The translations under genes and the position numbers were made by a program. 64,000 bases of DNA. Source: a virus. Lineage: Duplodnaviria; Caudoviricetes. Below are positions 1-10,600 of the stretch, one piece after another. The notes under the pieces are model-generated. The model made no database searches. It was not told the origin of the DNA and was given only the letters and a program-made list of their open reading frames with translations. Each line of letters starts with the position of its first letter. Position 1 is the stretch's first letter. The stretch lies in the IMG/VR virus record IMGVR_UViG_3300020379_000218, positions 32,001 to 96,000 of that record. One strand, written 5' to 3'.

Positions 1-2
1 AG

Positions 3-77
3 GCAAATGACATTATAAGAGTGATTGCTTCTCACGGAAATACTGATACATTTATTTCGGTATTAGAGAATACATAA
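3..77 (+). CDS. 3' end of an upstream gene (partial, ...DIIRVIASHGNTDTFISVLENT*), probably a small virion protein
   Basis: Open frame from the window edge to TAA at 75-77, followed by a late promoter. Confidence 0.5.
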   Translation, partial: ANDIIRVIASHGNTDTFISVLENT

Positions 78-89
78 GATTAAAATAGT

Positions 90-97
90 TATAAATA
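90..97 (+). promoter_or_regulatory. T4-type late promoter (TATAAATA)
   Basis: Exact gp55-dependent consensus in the intergenic gap before ORF 123. Confidence 0.75.
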
Positions 98-122
98 TAA
101 GAAAACGAAGAGGAAGAATTAG

Positions 123-620
123 ATGGCATTAGCATTACCAACAGGAGCTTCACAAGCAGTTGCCGTAGACGCAGCTGGTTTCCAAATCTCTAACGAATAT
201 GCTATGCACGCCCTTAACCGTGATGTTAATGGTCTTTTGATATACACAAAGACCAAATTAGATAGTAATGAGGAAGTGATTGTTAACAGCGGAGAAGGTT
301 TTGGATTTAATGGGTTTGAAGGACTTGCAATCGGTAAGGCAAGTGATGGAACAACCGTTCAGAATACACTACAAAGTGATTTTGACGAGAATACAGACGC
401 TCATTACCAAACTAACGCAAAGTTTAGAAAGTATCAACAGACAAGATTTGATCCGTTGAAACTTTTTTACTTTTTAAATGATGAAGGTAATCTTGTGGCA
501 AGGTATCAACAAGATTATACTTACGCCGCTAGTGAGACAGCAACTTCTACAACTGGAAGCAACTGGATCCCAAGTGGTGGAAACTATTATACCGCTAGTA
601 ATGTTAACAGGTACTTGTAA
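123..620 (+). CDS. Hypothetical virion/tail-associated protein
   Basis: 165 aa ORF with GAGGA SD, behind a late promoter, in the structural module. Confidence 0.7.
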   Translation: MALALPTGASQAVAVDAAGFQISNEYAMHALNRDVNGLLIYTKTKLDSNEEVIVNSGEGFGFNGFEGLAIGKASDGTTVQNTLQSDFDENTDAHYQTNAKFRKYQQTRFDPLKLFYFLNDEGNLVARYQQDYTYAASETATSTTGSNWIPSGGNYYTASNVNRYL

Positions 621-643
621 AAATTAAATAGAGAGAGATAAAA

Positions 644-3600
644 ATGGCAGATTTTATTTTAGGAAGACTTAAATTTCACTTTAAAGGAGATTGGGTTACA
701 GGAACGGCATATATTAAAGATGATGTCGTAAGATACGGAGGAAATAGCTTCGTAGCGATGGCGAACCATACAGGTTCAGCTGCGTTTGAAACAGATTTAA
801 CAGCAACCAAATGGAAAAAGATGGTTGCAGGACAAGAATGGAAAGGCGCTTGGCAAGCAACTACAGCTTATAAAGTTGATGATGTTGTACAATGGGGAGG
901 TTCTACTTTCGTATGTAATGAAGCGCACACTTCACAATCAGATTTATATGACGACACTAGTAAATGGACTTCTTTTGTTCCAGGATTTAACTGGACAGGA
1001 ACTTATACTGCTTCAACAGCATATAAAGTAAACGACTTAGCGAAATACGGTGCAAATGTTTATATTTGTTCAGTTGAACATACTGCCGCTTCAACAATAG
1101 ATACAACTAAATTTTCACTATTCGTTTCTGGATTAGAATTTGAAGATTCATACAACTCTGGTACTGCCTACCAAGCTGGTGATGTTGTAACCTACGGAGG
1201 TTATAACTATGTCGCAATTCAACAATCTACAGGTCAATCACCTTATAACAATGCAACATACTGGGAAGTACTTACAACTGGATTTAAAATGGTTGGTACT
1301 TATGCCGGTGCAACTGCTTATAAAACTGGTGATGTAGTTAGATATGGTGGTCATACATATGTTGCAAAAACAGACGCAACTGGTATTGTACCAACAACAA
1401 CTGCAACTTGGGATTTATTAAACGAAGGATTTAACTGGAGAGATAGTTGGGCAGACGCAACTGCTTATGCTCCTGGTGACGCAATCGGTTATGGTTCATC
1501 TTCTTACAGATGTAAACTTGCTCACACTTCTTCTGCTGTACAAGGTGACGCAAAAAGACCTGACTATGATACAGGCGGAGTTTACTGGGATTTAGTTGCT
1601 GAAGGTGATTCAAACTTTGTTACCACTAGTAGAGGTGACTTATTAACTAGAAACGCTACACAAAATATTAGACTACCAATTGGTACAGCTGGTTCAGTTG
1701 TACAATCAGACGGAACAGATGTTAGTTGGGGAATACCTGGGGTTACAACAAATGTATTCTTTGTTGCTAAACACGGTGCTGACAACGATCCATCTACTGA
1801 TACAGGTAGAGGTACTTCACTAGACAAACCTTGGTTAACACTTGCATACGCAATGGCTTGGATTAATTCAAATGTTGCTGCTAGTGCTTACAAAACGGTT
1901 TATGTAAAAACTGGAACTTACGAAGAGGCATTGCCTATCGTTCTTTCTGCTAATACACAATTAGTTGGAGACGGAGTAAGAAGTACAAGAATTACACCTG
2001 CTTCTGGAAATTCAGTAGTTGCAGGATTAACAAACACACCAAACAATCGTGCTGATATGTTTAGAGTACATAACGGTACAACGGTTACTGGTTTCACATT
2101 TAGTGGAATGGTTGGAACTATGGGAAGTGCTGACTCATATGGAGTTGCAAGACCTAATACTTCTGACGGTGCAACACGAAGTGGTGTTGTATTTGCATTA
2201 GACCCAGGAACTGGAGTTGGTGATACAACTACACACATTACAACTAAATCACCATTTATTCAGAATTGTACACACTTTGGTACAGGTTCTGTTGGTATTA
2301 AAATTGACGGTGCATTACACAACTCTGGAAACAGAAGTATACTTGCAAACGACTTTACACAGGTAACTTCTGGAGGTGTTGGAGTATGGGCACTTGCAAA
2401 TGCAAAATCAGAATTAGTATCTGTATTTACATATTACGCACATCACGGTTACTTATGTGATAGTGGTGCTGTTATGAGAAGTTTGAACTCAAACAACTCT
2501 TACGGTGAATACGGTTCAACAGCTGCTGGTATTGACGCAAACGAAACGCCATATACTGGTAATGTAGATTTAAGAGATAACGAAGCTCAAGTAGGAAGAG
2601 TATTAGTATCTGGTTCAGGTATCGGAAGATTAGAATTACAATATGCAGGACAATCATATTCTTCTGCTTCAATTGCAATTGCCGGTTCTGGTGCTTCAGG
2701 AACTGCGTCTGCTTCTTTTAGTGATGGCGCTGTAAACTTTATTAAAGTTAACACAACAGGTTCTACACACTTTACTACAACAGGATTTGCACAATCAGGA
2801 ACTGCAAGTACAATTAAACTTGCTGCTTCTGACTCACAACCTGATGACTTCTACAATGGTATGAGAATTACGGTTTACACAGGAACTGGTTATGGTAACA
2901 CAGGTGTTATCGCTGACTATGTTGCTTCTACAAAAACTTGTACGGTACAAAAAGAAAATGGTACTGCAGGATTTGATGTATTTGTAAACTCTGGATTATC
3001 AGCTGCAACATCTTTTGATACAACAACAGGTTACGAAATTGAACCTAGAGTTGCTTTAAGTGGTGGTGGTTCTCCTAGTAGAAACGCACTCGCAAGAGCA
3101 GTTGTAGAAAATCAACAAGTTTCAAAAATTCTTATATTAGACGGTGGTGCTGGTTATTCTTCTGCACCAACGGTAACAATTACAGACCCTAACGCAAGTA
3201 CGGTTGCTACTGCAACTTCACATATTGCTGACGGTGTAATATCACAAACAACAATAACAAGTGCTGGTTCTGGATACAAAACAGAAACTTCAACTGCTAC
3301 TATCACTGGTAACGGTTTTGCTGAAATTCAAAGTGAAGGTACTGCCTTTGTAAGATTAACAGGATTATCTAAATCGCCAACAGGTGGTGACATTGTTGAA
3401 TTTGCTGGAATAACAAACCAAGCATATTATGTTGTTGGTGTAACCGGTTATTCAAGTGGTGCTGGTTTAGTTAGAGTAAATCCTAAATTTACAACTTCTA
3501 ATCAACCAACTCACGCTGAAACTGCAACTTTAAGAAGTAATTACTCAAACATTAGATTGACTGGACACGACTTCTTGGATGTAGGTACTGGTGATTTTAC

Positions 3601-4360
3601 AACAACAAATTATCCTAACACACCAACTCAAGCGCCTGACGCAAATGATGAAATCTTTGAAGCAGATAGAGGAAGAGTATTCTACTCATCTACTGACCAA
3701 GACGGTAACTTTAGAGTTGGTAACTTGTTTAGAATTGAACAGGCAACTGGTAAAGCAACATTGAATGCTGAAGCATTTGACCTTTCAGGATTACAAGAAT
3801 TGAGTTTAGGCTCAAACGCACAAGGTAATTTCGGTGCTACAATTAATGAATTTAGTACTGACGGAACATTAGCAGATAATTCTGATAGTGCTCTAGTTAC
3901 CGAAAGAGCGATTAAGACTTATGTAGATGGTCAACTTGGTGGAGGACAGAATGATTTATCAGTTAACTCATTAACTGCTGGTTCAATTACTGCTTCTGGC
4001 ACAGCGATTTCTACAACAGGTGTTGCGGGAAGTGATGTAAACTTATCTATTGGAACACAAAACAATGGTATAATTTCATTTACTTCACAAACACAAACAG
4101 CAATCACTCCGACTGCGAATAATGATATAGTTAATAAATCTTATGTTGACGCACAAGGAACACCAACTTTACAAACACTTTCAATTGATGATGACACATT
4201 AGACTTGAAGAGAAGAGTTATCACAAACGCTAATGAGTTAATACAGAAAGAAAGTGCTTACTTTGATGGTACGGATGCTACTGAAGGATTTGAATTTATC
4301 AACGGAACAATGCAAATTAACATTGATAAATCTGGAGACTTGGTAATAGAAACAACATAA
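644..4360 (+). CDS. Large tail-fibre/baseplate-associated protein with N-terminal carbohydrate-binding-like repeats and a beta-helix-like region
   Basis: About 7 repeats of W/Y-x4-Y-x2-(G/D)D-x-V-x-YGG-x2-Y; YVKTGTYEE...LVGDG beta-helix start; Gly/Ser/Thr-rich repeats; KTYVD/KSYVD fibre motifs. Confidence 0.7.
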   Translation: MADFILGRLKFHFKGDWVTGTAYIKDDVVRYGGNSFVAMANHTGSAAFETDLTATKWKKMVAGQEWKGAWQATTAYKVDDVVQWGGSTFVCNEAHTSQSDLYDDTSKWTSFVPGFNWTGTYTASTAYKVNDLAKYGANVYICSVEHTAASTIDTTKFSLFVSGLEFEDSYNSGTAYQAGDVVTYGGYNYVAIQQSTGQSPYNNATYWEVLTTGFKMVGTYAGATAYKTGDVVRYGGHTYVAKTDATGIVPTTTATWDLLNEGFNWRDSWADATAYAPGDAIGYGSSSYRCKLAHTSSAVQGDAKRPDYDTGGVYWDLVAEGDSNFVTTSRGDLLTRNATQNIRLPIGTAGSVVQSDGTDVSWGIPGVTTNVFFVAKHGADNDPSTDTGRGTSLDKPWLTLAYAMAWINSNVAASAYKTVYVKTGTYEEALPIVLSANTQLVGDGVRSTRITPASGNSVVAGLTNTPNNRADMFRVHNGTTVTGFTFSGMVGTMGSADSYGVARPNTSDGATRSGVVFALDPGTGVGDTTTHITTKSPFIQNCTHFGTGSVGIKIDGALHNSGNRSILANDFTQVTSGGVGVWALANAKSELVSVFTYYAHHGYLCDSGAVMRSLNSNNSYGEYGSTAAGIDANETPYTGNVDLRDNEAQVGRVLVSGSGIGRLELQYAGQSYSSASIAIAGSGASGTASASFSDGAVNFIKVNTTGSTHFTTTGFAQSGTASTIKLAASDSQPDDFYNGMRITVYTGTGYGNTGVIADYVASTKTCTVQKENGTAGFDVFVNSGLSAATSFDTTTGYEIEPRVALSGGGSPSRNALARAVVENQQVSKILILDGGAGYSSAPTVTITDPNASTVATATSHIADGVISQTTITSAGSGYKTETSTATITGNGFAEIQSEGTAFVRLTGLSKSPTGGDIVEFAGITNQAYYVVGVTGYSSGAGLVRVNPKFTTSNQPTHAETATLRSNYSNIRLTGHDFLDVGTGDFTTTNYPNTPTQAPDANDEIFEADRGRVFYSSTDQDGNFRVGNLFRIEQATGKATLNAEAFDLSGLQELSLGSNAQGNFGATINEFSTDGTLADNSDSALVTERAIKTYVDGQLGGGQNDLSVNSLTAGSITASGTAISTTGVAGSDVNLSIGTQNNGIISFTSQTQTAITPTANNDIVNKSYVDAQGTPTLQTLSIDDDTLDLKRRVITNANELIQKESAYFDGTDATEGFEFINGTMQINIDKSGDLVIETT

Positions 4361-4387
4361 ATAATAGTTAAATAGGAAGATATAAAA

Positions 4388-7300
4388 ATGGCAACAACAA
4401 AAACTAGAATTGGTAATCTGTTCTTCAATTATCAAGGTGAATATTCTGCTACGAAGACTTATCATAAAGATGATGTTGTATTATACAACAATTCTGATTT
4501 TATCTGCGTAAAAAATTCATCTACGACAGGACAAGCACCTGACACAGGAACAGAAGCTCAACAAAAAAGATATGTAAGGGTAACTATTGCTACATCAGCA
4601 AGTACTGGTGGCAATGCCTTTAAATGGGACGGCGAAGCAGCTTGGCCTGCTACAGAAGTACAATACAAAATTGGTGATACTTTAGTATTATACCAAGACG
4701 GTAATGACTTTGATGATAACTCAATAGCATTTTCAACTTCGTCTACTTCAAAAGAAAACAATTTATACCACACAGATGTAACCTATATGTTAGACGGTAA
4801 ATCTGTTGGTGGTGGAACTGCAAGTGGTGAATACTTTAACTCTGGTACATTTAACAATGCTGCTAAAAGAGAAATAAGAATAGAAATTACTGCTGAAACA
4901 CCAAAAGAATTATACATTTTTAATTATCAAAATCCTTCTGCTACTTGGGGACCTAAATTAGTTGTTGCCGAGAACCAAGTATGGAAAGAAATTAGACAAT
5001 CATTTAAATGGAGAGGTGACCACGACAATACAAACGCAAGTGGTTCATATTTAACTTATCAACCAAATGATGTTGTAAGAATAAATGTACCTGTTGATAA
5101 TGACTTTTCAACAAACAATCAGTATTCTGGAAACCAAATACAAAAAATCAGAGCAACTTACATATGTTTAAAAACACATACTTGTGATGGTACTGACAAA
5201 TATTTACCTTGGGACCAAGATACAGATACAGACGAAAACAAATGGTGGGAAAGAATTTCAGAAGAACATCAATTTGATGAAGAAACAATAACAGATAGTG
5301 GTTCTGTTGTTTCTATCAATAACATTTCTGCTGCTTCTCCTGCAAGACAACAAGGATTTTATCCTTTCGTAAATACTAAAAACATAACTGCCGCTGCTGA
5401 AAACTCAAATGCTGGTAGAACTGGTGGATATAACCCACCTATGGTTAATGTAACCGTTGAAGGTTACCAATCTGTTAAATCAGTTGGAAACTTCTCTACT
5501 GCACATTACAAAAGAAAACCTGGTGTTTACAGAAACTTAACTCAATCTTCAACTTCAGGTGCTGGTTCAAACGCAAACTTTGATATTGAAGTAGACAACA
5601 ATGGTAAAGTAATTAGAGTAGAGGTTACGAAAAAATCACTTGGTGGTCAAATGGGTGGTTTAGGATACGCACAAAACGAAACGATTACAATAGGTGACTC
5701 ACTTCTAGGAAGTGGTGGTGCACCTGACTTTACTTTTGATGTATTAACAATTGGTACTTGGGGTGCTCTTAATATAGAAATCGCTAGAGACCAAAAAAGA
5801 GGAATGCAAAACGCACAATGGGAAAACAATGACGAAGCTGAAATGCTTGGTGGTGAGAACAATGCTGCTTCTGACCAACTAGGTATTGACGGACAAGTAT
5901 TCTATTCTTCTGCGAATGTAACCTTTGATGTTGTATCTACACAAAAGAAAGCAAGAGGTTATCAAAACTTCTATAGTGGAAACAGATTAGAATGTATGGC
6001 ATTATGTAATGAAAACGGACCTATCGGAGATGACCATCCGTTATACAGATTGCCTGGACAATTCCAACAAGCACAATGTGTTAACTGGCCGTGTTTTATT
6101 AATGGTCGTGGCGGAATTACAAGTTGGGGTTCAAACTCTAACGGTCAAAACGGACAAGACCAAGGTTCAATTTTAACTGGAGTTGGAATGGTATTTCCAT
6201 TCCTAGATTGGTACAGAAGTACAGACAATGGTGGTTCTGGAATTCACACTACTCCTGATGGAGAAGTACCAAAAGCAATTCAACTATTATCTGGATACGA
6301 AGTTGGTATGGCACTATTTAATAATGGTGAAGTATACCATTGGGGTTACGGAGGTCACGGACAAAATGGTGACGCTGCTACTTCAAACAGAGGATATCCA
6401 GTAAGATGTGGTGGAACATACCAAGAAATTTATCTTGCTGCTAATACTTCTACACACACTTTTAAAGATACTAGAATTAAAAGAATTTACATAACTAATT
6501 GGGGCGGAGACAATAACACAAGTACACATAGTTGTTATGCGTTAGATACTGACGGCGAACTATGGGCTTGGGGTTACAATGGTTACGGTCAATTAGGACA
6601 AAATAATACTTCTGATTTAAGTAGACCAACAAAAATTAATAAGACAGCTTACTTTAATGGTAATAAGATTGACGCTTTCTGGACTGCTGGTGCAGGATAC
6701 GCTTTCTGTTATGCTTTAGATGTAACCGGAAAACTTTATAGTTGGGGTTACAATGGATATGGTCAGTTAGGACAAACTAATACAACTAACTTATCAGTAC
6801 CTACAGAAGTTCCAGGTATCACTTGGGATAACGGTGCTTCAAATCCAGGTAAGATTAAAAAACTATTAGTAGACTCGCAACAATCATATGGAAGAACAGC
6901 AATCTTAACTGAAAAAGGTAAGATATACTGGTGTGGAAGAAATGAATACGGTTGGGCGATGATGGGTAATACTTCAGATGTAAGCACATTTACAATTATG
7001 TCTAATGGTCCAGGTTCTGGAACATATTCTGATTGTCAAAATATGTGGTTTACAGGAAACGGCAGATATGCAAGTTTCTGGACTAAAGATAGTATTGGTG
7101 ACATCAAGTGCTGTGGTTACAATGGTAACTATGAACTTGGTATTGGTAACTCAACTAACCAAACTGCTGCTGTATCACCTAAATGGCAAATTAACGGAAC
7201 AACAACTTCTGACTTACATAATATTAAAGACATAGGTTGTAATTCTGAATATGGTAACCAATGGATGTGTAATGTATGGGTATTAACATATGACGGATTT

Positions 7301-7621
7301 ATGTTTAATACAGGAAGAAACAACTACGGTTTAGGCGCTCAAGGTTGGTCTTCAAGTTATAATGATAGACAATCATCTAATGGTATTGAAGAAACAGATG
7401 ATTACTATTTCCAAATGCAAAGAATGCCTAATTACGCACACGGAAGAGTAGAAGATGTAAGAGGAAGAGGTTACTACTCTACAGACGGTAATAGATACCA
7501 CTTTAGAGAAATTAGAACTTTTGACAACAGATACCTAATGTGGGGTTACGGTGGAGACTATATGCAAGGTCAGAATGACTCAAACTATGTTTCTATGCCA
7601 CAACCCGCTGTGTTAGGATAG
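4388..7621 (+). CDS. Virion protein with C-terminal RCC1/BLIP-II-like beta-propeller repeats (putative adhesin)
   Basis: Repeated WGYNGYGQLG-type motifs; N-terminus shared with neighbouring proteins. Confidence 0.75.
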   Translation: MATTKTRIGNLFFNYQGEYSATKTYHKDDVVLYNNSDFICVKNSSTTGQAPDTGTEAQQKRYVRVTIATSASTGGNAFKWDGEAAWPATEVQYKIGDTLVLYQDGNDFDDNSIAFSTSSTSKENNLYHTDVTYMLDGKSVGGGTASGEYFNSGTFNNAAKREIRIEITAETPKELYIFNYQNPSATWGPKLVVAENQVWKEIRQSFKWRGDHDNTNASGSYLTYQPNDVVRINVPVDNDFSTNNQYSGNQIQKIRATYICLKTHTCDGTDKYLPWDQDTDTDENKWWERISEEHQFDEETITDSGSVVSINNISAASPARQQGFYPFVNTKNITAAAENSNAGRTGGYNPPMVNVTVEGYQSVKSVGNFSTAHYKRKPGVYRNLTQSSTSGAGSNANFDIEVDNNGKVIRVEVTKKSLGGQMGGLGYAQNETITIGDSLLGSGGAPDFTFDVLTIGTWGALNIEIARDQKRGMQNAQWENNDEAEMLGGENNAASDQLGIDGQVFYSSANVTFDVVSTQKKARGYQNFYSGNRLECMALCNENGPIGDDHPLYRLPGQFQQAQCVNWPCFINGRGGITSWGSNSNGQNGQDQGSILTGVGMVFPFLDWYRSTDNGGSGIHTTPDGEVPKAIQLLSGYEVGMALFNNGEVYHWGYGGHGQNGDAATSNRGYPVRCGGTYQEIYLAANTSTHTFKDTRIKRIYITNWGGDNNTSTHSCYALDTDGELWAWGYNGYGQLGQNNTSDLSRPTKINKTAYFNGNKIDAFWTAGAGYAFCYALDVTGKLYSWGYNGYGQLGQTNTTNLSVPTEVPGITWDNGASNPGKIKKLLVDSQQSYGRTAILTEKGKIYWCGRNEYGWAMMGNTSDVSTFTIMSNGPGSGTYSDCQNMWFTGNGRYASFWTKDSIGDIKCCGYNGNYELGIGNSTNQTAAVSPKWQINGTTTSDLHNIKDIGCNSEYGNQWMCNVWVLTYDGFMFNTGRNNYGLGAQGWSSSYNDRQSSNGIEETDDYYFQMQRMPNYAHGRVEDVRGRGYYSTDGNRYHFREIRTFDNRYLMWGYGGDYMQGQNDSNYVSMPQPAVLG

Positions 7622-7629
7622 TATAAATA
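7622..7629 (+). promoter_or_regulatory. T4-type late promoter (TATAAATA)
   Basis: Exact consensus immediately after the stop codon, upstream of ORF 7658. Confidence 0.75.
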
Positions 7630-7657
7630 TAAAGAACAATTAAGATAGGAAATAAAA

Positions 7658-10600
7658 ATGGCAAAAATTAATCTCGGAAGAATTAAATTACAATTCCAAG
7701 GAGAATATAATAAAGACCAACAATACAGACGAGACGATATTGTTTATCATAATAACGCTATGTGGATTATGAAACAAGAATACTTTGCTGATGGGTCTTC
7801 TGCGTATGCTCCTGGTACTAAAATCTTTGGATATAATCCAAAAGACTACACTGGTGACTTCTGGTCAAATGACCCGAACTACAATGGTGTAGATAGTGTT
7901 TTCAGATACACACAATATTGGACTGAAAACGAAAGAAGAGGCGAAACTCAAAGAACTGATAGAGACGGTAATCCTATCACTAAAAACTCTACATACGGTT
8001 CTAACGAGGACGGTGCAAACGAAATTAGACACGACTATATTGATTCATCTATGGGTACGGTTGTTCGCCATCAACAACACCTTATGAATGAATATGACGC
8101 AATGTTTCAAGCTTGCGAAGATGACTATGACCAGTTAGACACATATAATCATTACGAACAAAACTACTTTAAATACCACTATATGCCAGTACACAACTCT
8201 TTTGTTGTGGAAGTTAATGTATCAGGTGGTGTGCCAGATTTCAAAATTGATAACAGACTTGGTAACAATACTAAAGGTAGAGAGTTTGAAGGTTATAGAA
8301 ACTGGGAAAACTTTAAAGAAGGTCATACATACAGATTTTCACAAGACAAACCTAATAACAAATACTACCCATTAGGTTTCTCTTATACTGCTGACGGTAT
8401 TCACAATGCTGGCGATACAGGTAAGTCTTTAGGAATGGATCCTGATGGACCTTACTATGTAAAAGGTACTGCTTCAAATGGTGATAGTGGATTCTTTTCA
8501 CCTATGTACAAAACTGAAGCGGCTGCAATTGCTGAAGATACAAGAAGAGGTGGTGCTGGTGCTGCTCACAAATTAACTTTTGACCAAGGTGATGTACCTG
8601 GTTGGGAGACTGAAGCAAGTCCATCATTACAAGGACATTTACATACAGACGGAACTCAATTAAAAGATACCGTTGTATCACAATTAATAGACGATAGTGG
8701 AAATACATACTTACAAGTATCAAATGCTTGGGCAGGAACAACTGCTGGTGGTGTTTCTTCACACGCAAGAAAAACAATTTACATAAACACTGGTGATTCA
8801 ACAGAATTTCACGGACAAACAGGAAGCACATATTCATATGTTTATATTCAAGGTGCATTAAAAACTGGTTCTAATATTTCTGCTGTAATTACACAACAAA
8901 GAGATAATACAACAACTGCAAACGATAGTGCTGGAAGAAAAATCTTATTAGTAAACGGAAAACCTGTTTATCAATTAGTTGCTGAAGCTTCTACTACAAC
9001 GGTTGGTGGTATCTCTGGTGCTTATCAAGCAATTGATAAAACAGGAGCAGGTTCAACTACTGCATTAGGACTAAATCCAGTATCTAATGAAAATAAAGTT
9101 GACTTGTATATGCCGAAACTTACAGACCCAACAGCAAATGTTGAAAGAACAATGCAAGTTTCAGTTGCTAATCCTGGTTCAGGAAACAAATATTACATTG
9201 ATGGTGTTTTACCAACGGTAAACACAATGAAATTAGAAGAAGGAAAAACTTACAAGTTTGACCAATCAGATAGTACAAATGCAGGACACTGGTTAAAACT
9301 ATCAACTACAAGTGATGGTACACACGGTGGTGGATCCGAGTATACTGCTGGGGTAACTTATGTAGGTACTCCTGGTAATCCTGGTGCTTATACAGAAATT
9401 AAATTAAGAAGTGGTGTTGCAAAACTTTATATCTATTGTAATGCACACTCTGGTATGGGACAAGAAGCAGAAACTTATGATGTTTCTACTAATCTTGGAA
9501 AAACATACGCTCCTGGTAATATCAAAAAATGGCAAGGTTACAACAAAAACGGTTGGGTTAAATACTACTTAAACTCAATTCAAGTTGATGAAAACACTTA
9601 CATTGAAACATTTTTCAATGATAATAATACAAAAGATAGAAACTATCCTAGAACTATGCCTAATGGTAAAGTTAAAGGTGGAAACAAATTCACTTTTGAA
9701 CATCAAGCAGGTAGATATGTTGAGATAACAATTCCTTATCAAACAACACAATCAGACGCTGAATCAACAATTATATATCCATTCTGTTTAGAACCTACTA
9801 CAACTGCAAGACAAACTTCTGGAATGTACAACGATTTCGGTTGGACAATTGAGAAGTCTTGGAGAGGTTATAGACATTGGGATAAAGTACAATCTTCAAT
9901 GAGATTTAGAGGAGAATATTCTCCAAATACACAATACAACTACAATGATATTGTTTCATACAAACCAATTAAAAGAATATCAACTGGTGAGAAGTTTATG
10001 AAACACGGTACTGGATTGTACAGATGTTTAAGAGACAATAGAGGAAGACCACCTCAACACGGATTCCAAGAACCTACAAGGTCACCATTGATGACTAAAT
10101 CAACGGTTACTTCTGGAAGATTAACTGGAAGAGGTGAACACGAACAAAACAATGAGACAGGTAAGAATTATCCTGCACATATTCAATCGTACCACAACTG
10201 CTGGGAATCTTGGGCTGGAATGAACAACCAAGAACAAGGTGCTGGTGTTTGGTTCCCGAACAAAGGACCAATCGGATGGCCATATAAACACGGTCACTCT
10301 AGTGGTGCTAACATTTACAGATGTCATATGTACATTGATAAAAATGGTGCTGTATGGTCAATCGGACACGGTTCAGATAGTGCCAATATGGAACAAGGTC
10401 GTTCTTCTTCATACTTTAGAGAAGTAACCTTCAGATGGAGAGATTTCTACAATTCTGAAAACAGAAACGAAGGTGGTTACAATGAAAGAAGAAGTAGCAA
10501 ATGGACTCGTTATGATAGAATGAGAACACCAAGAGCTATTCAAATAGAAATGGGATATAGTTTCACAATGATATTATTTGATAACGGACAAGTATTCCAC

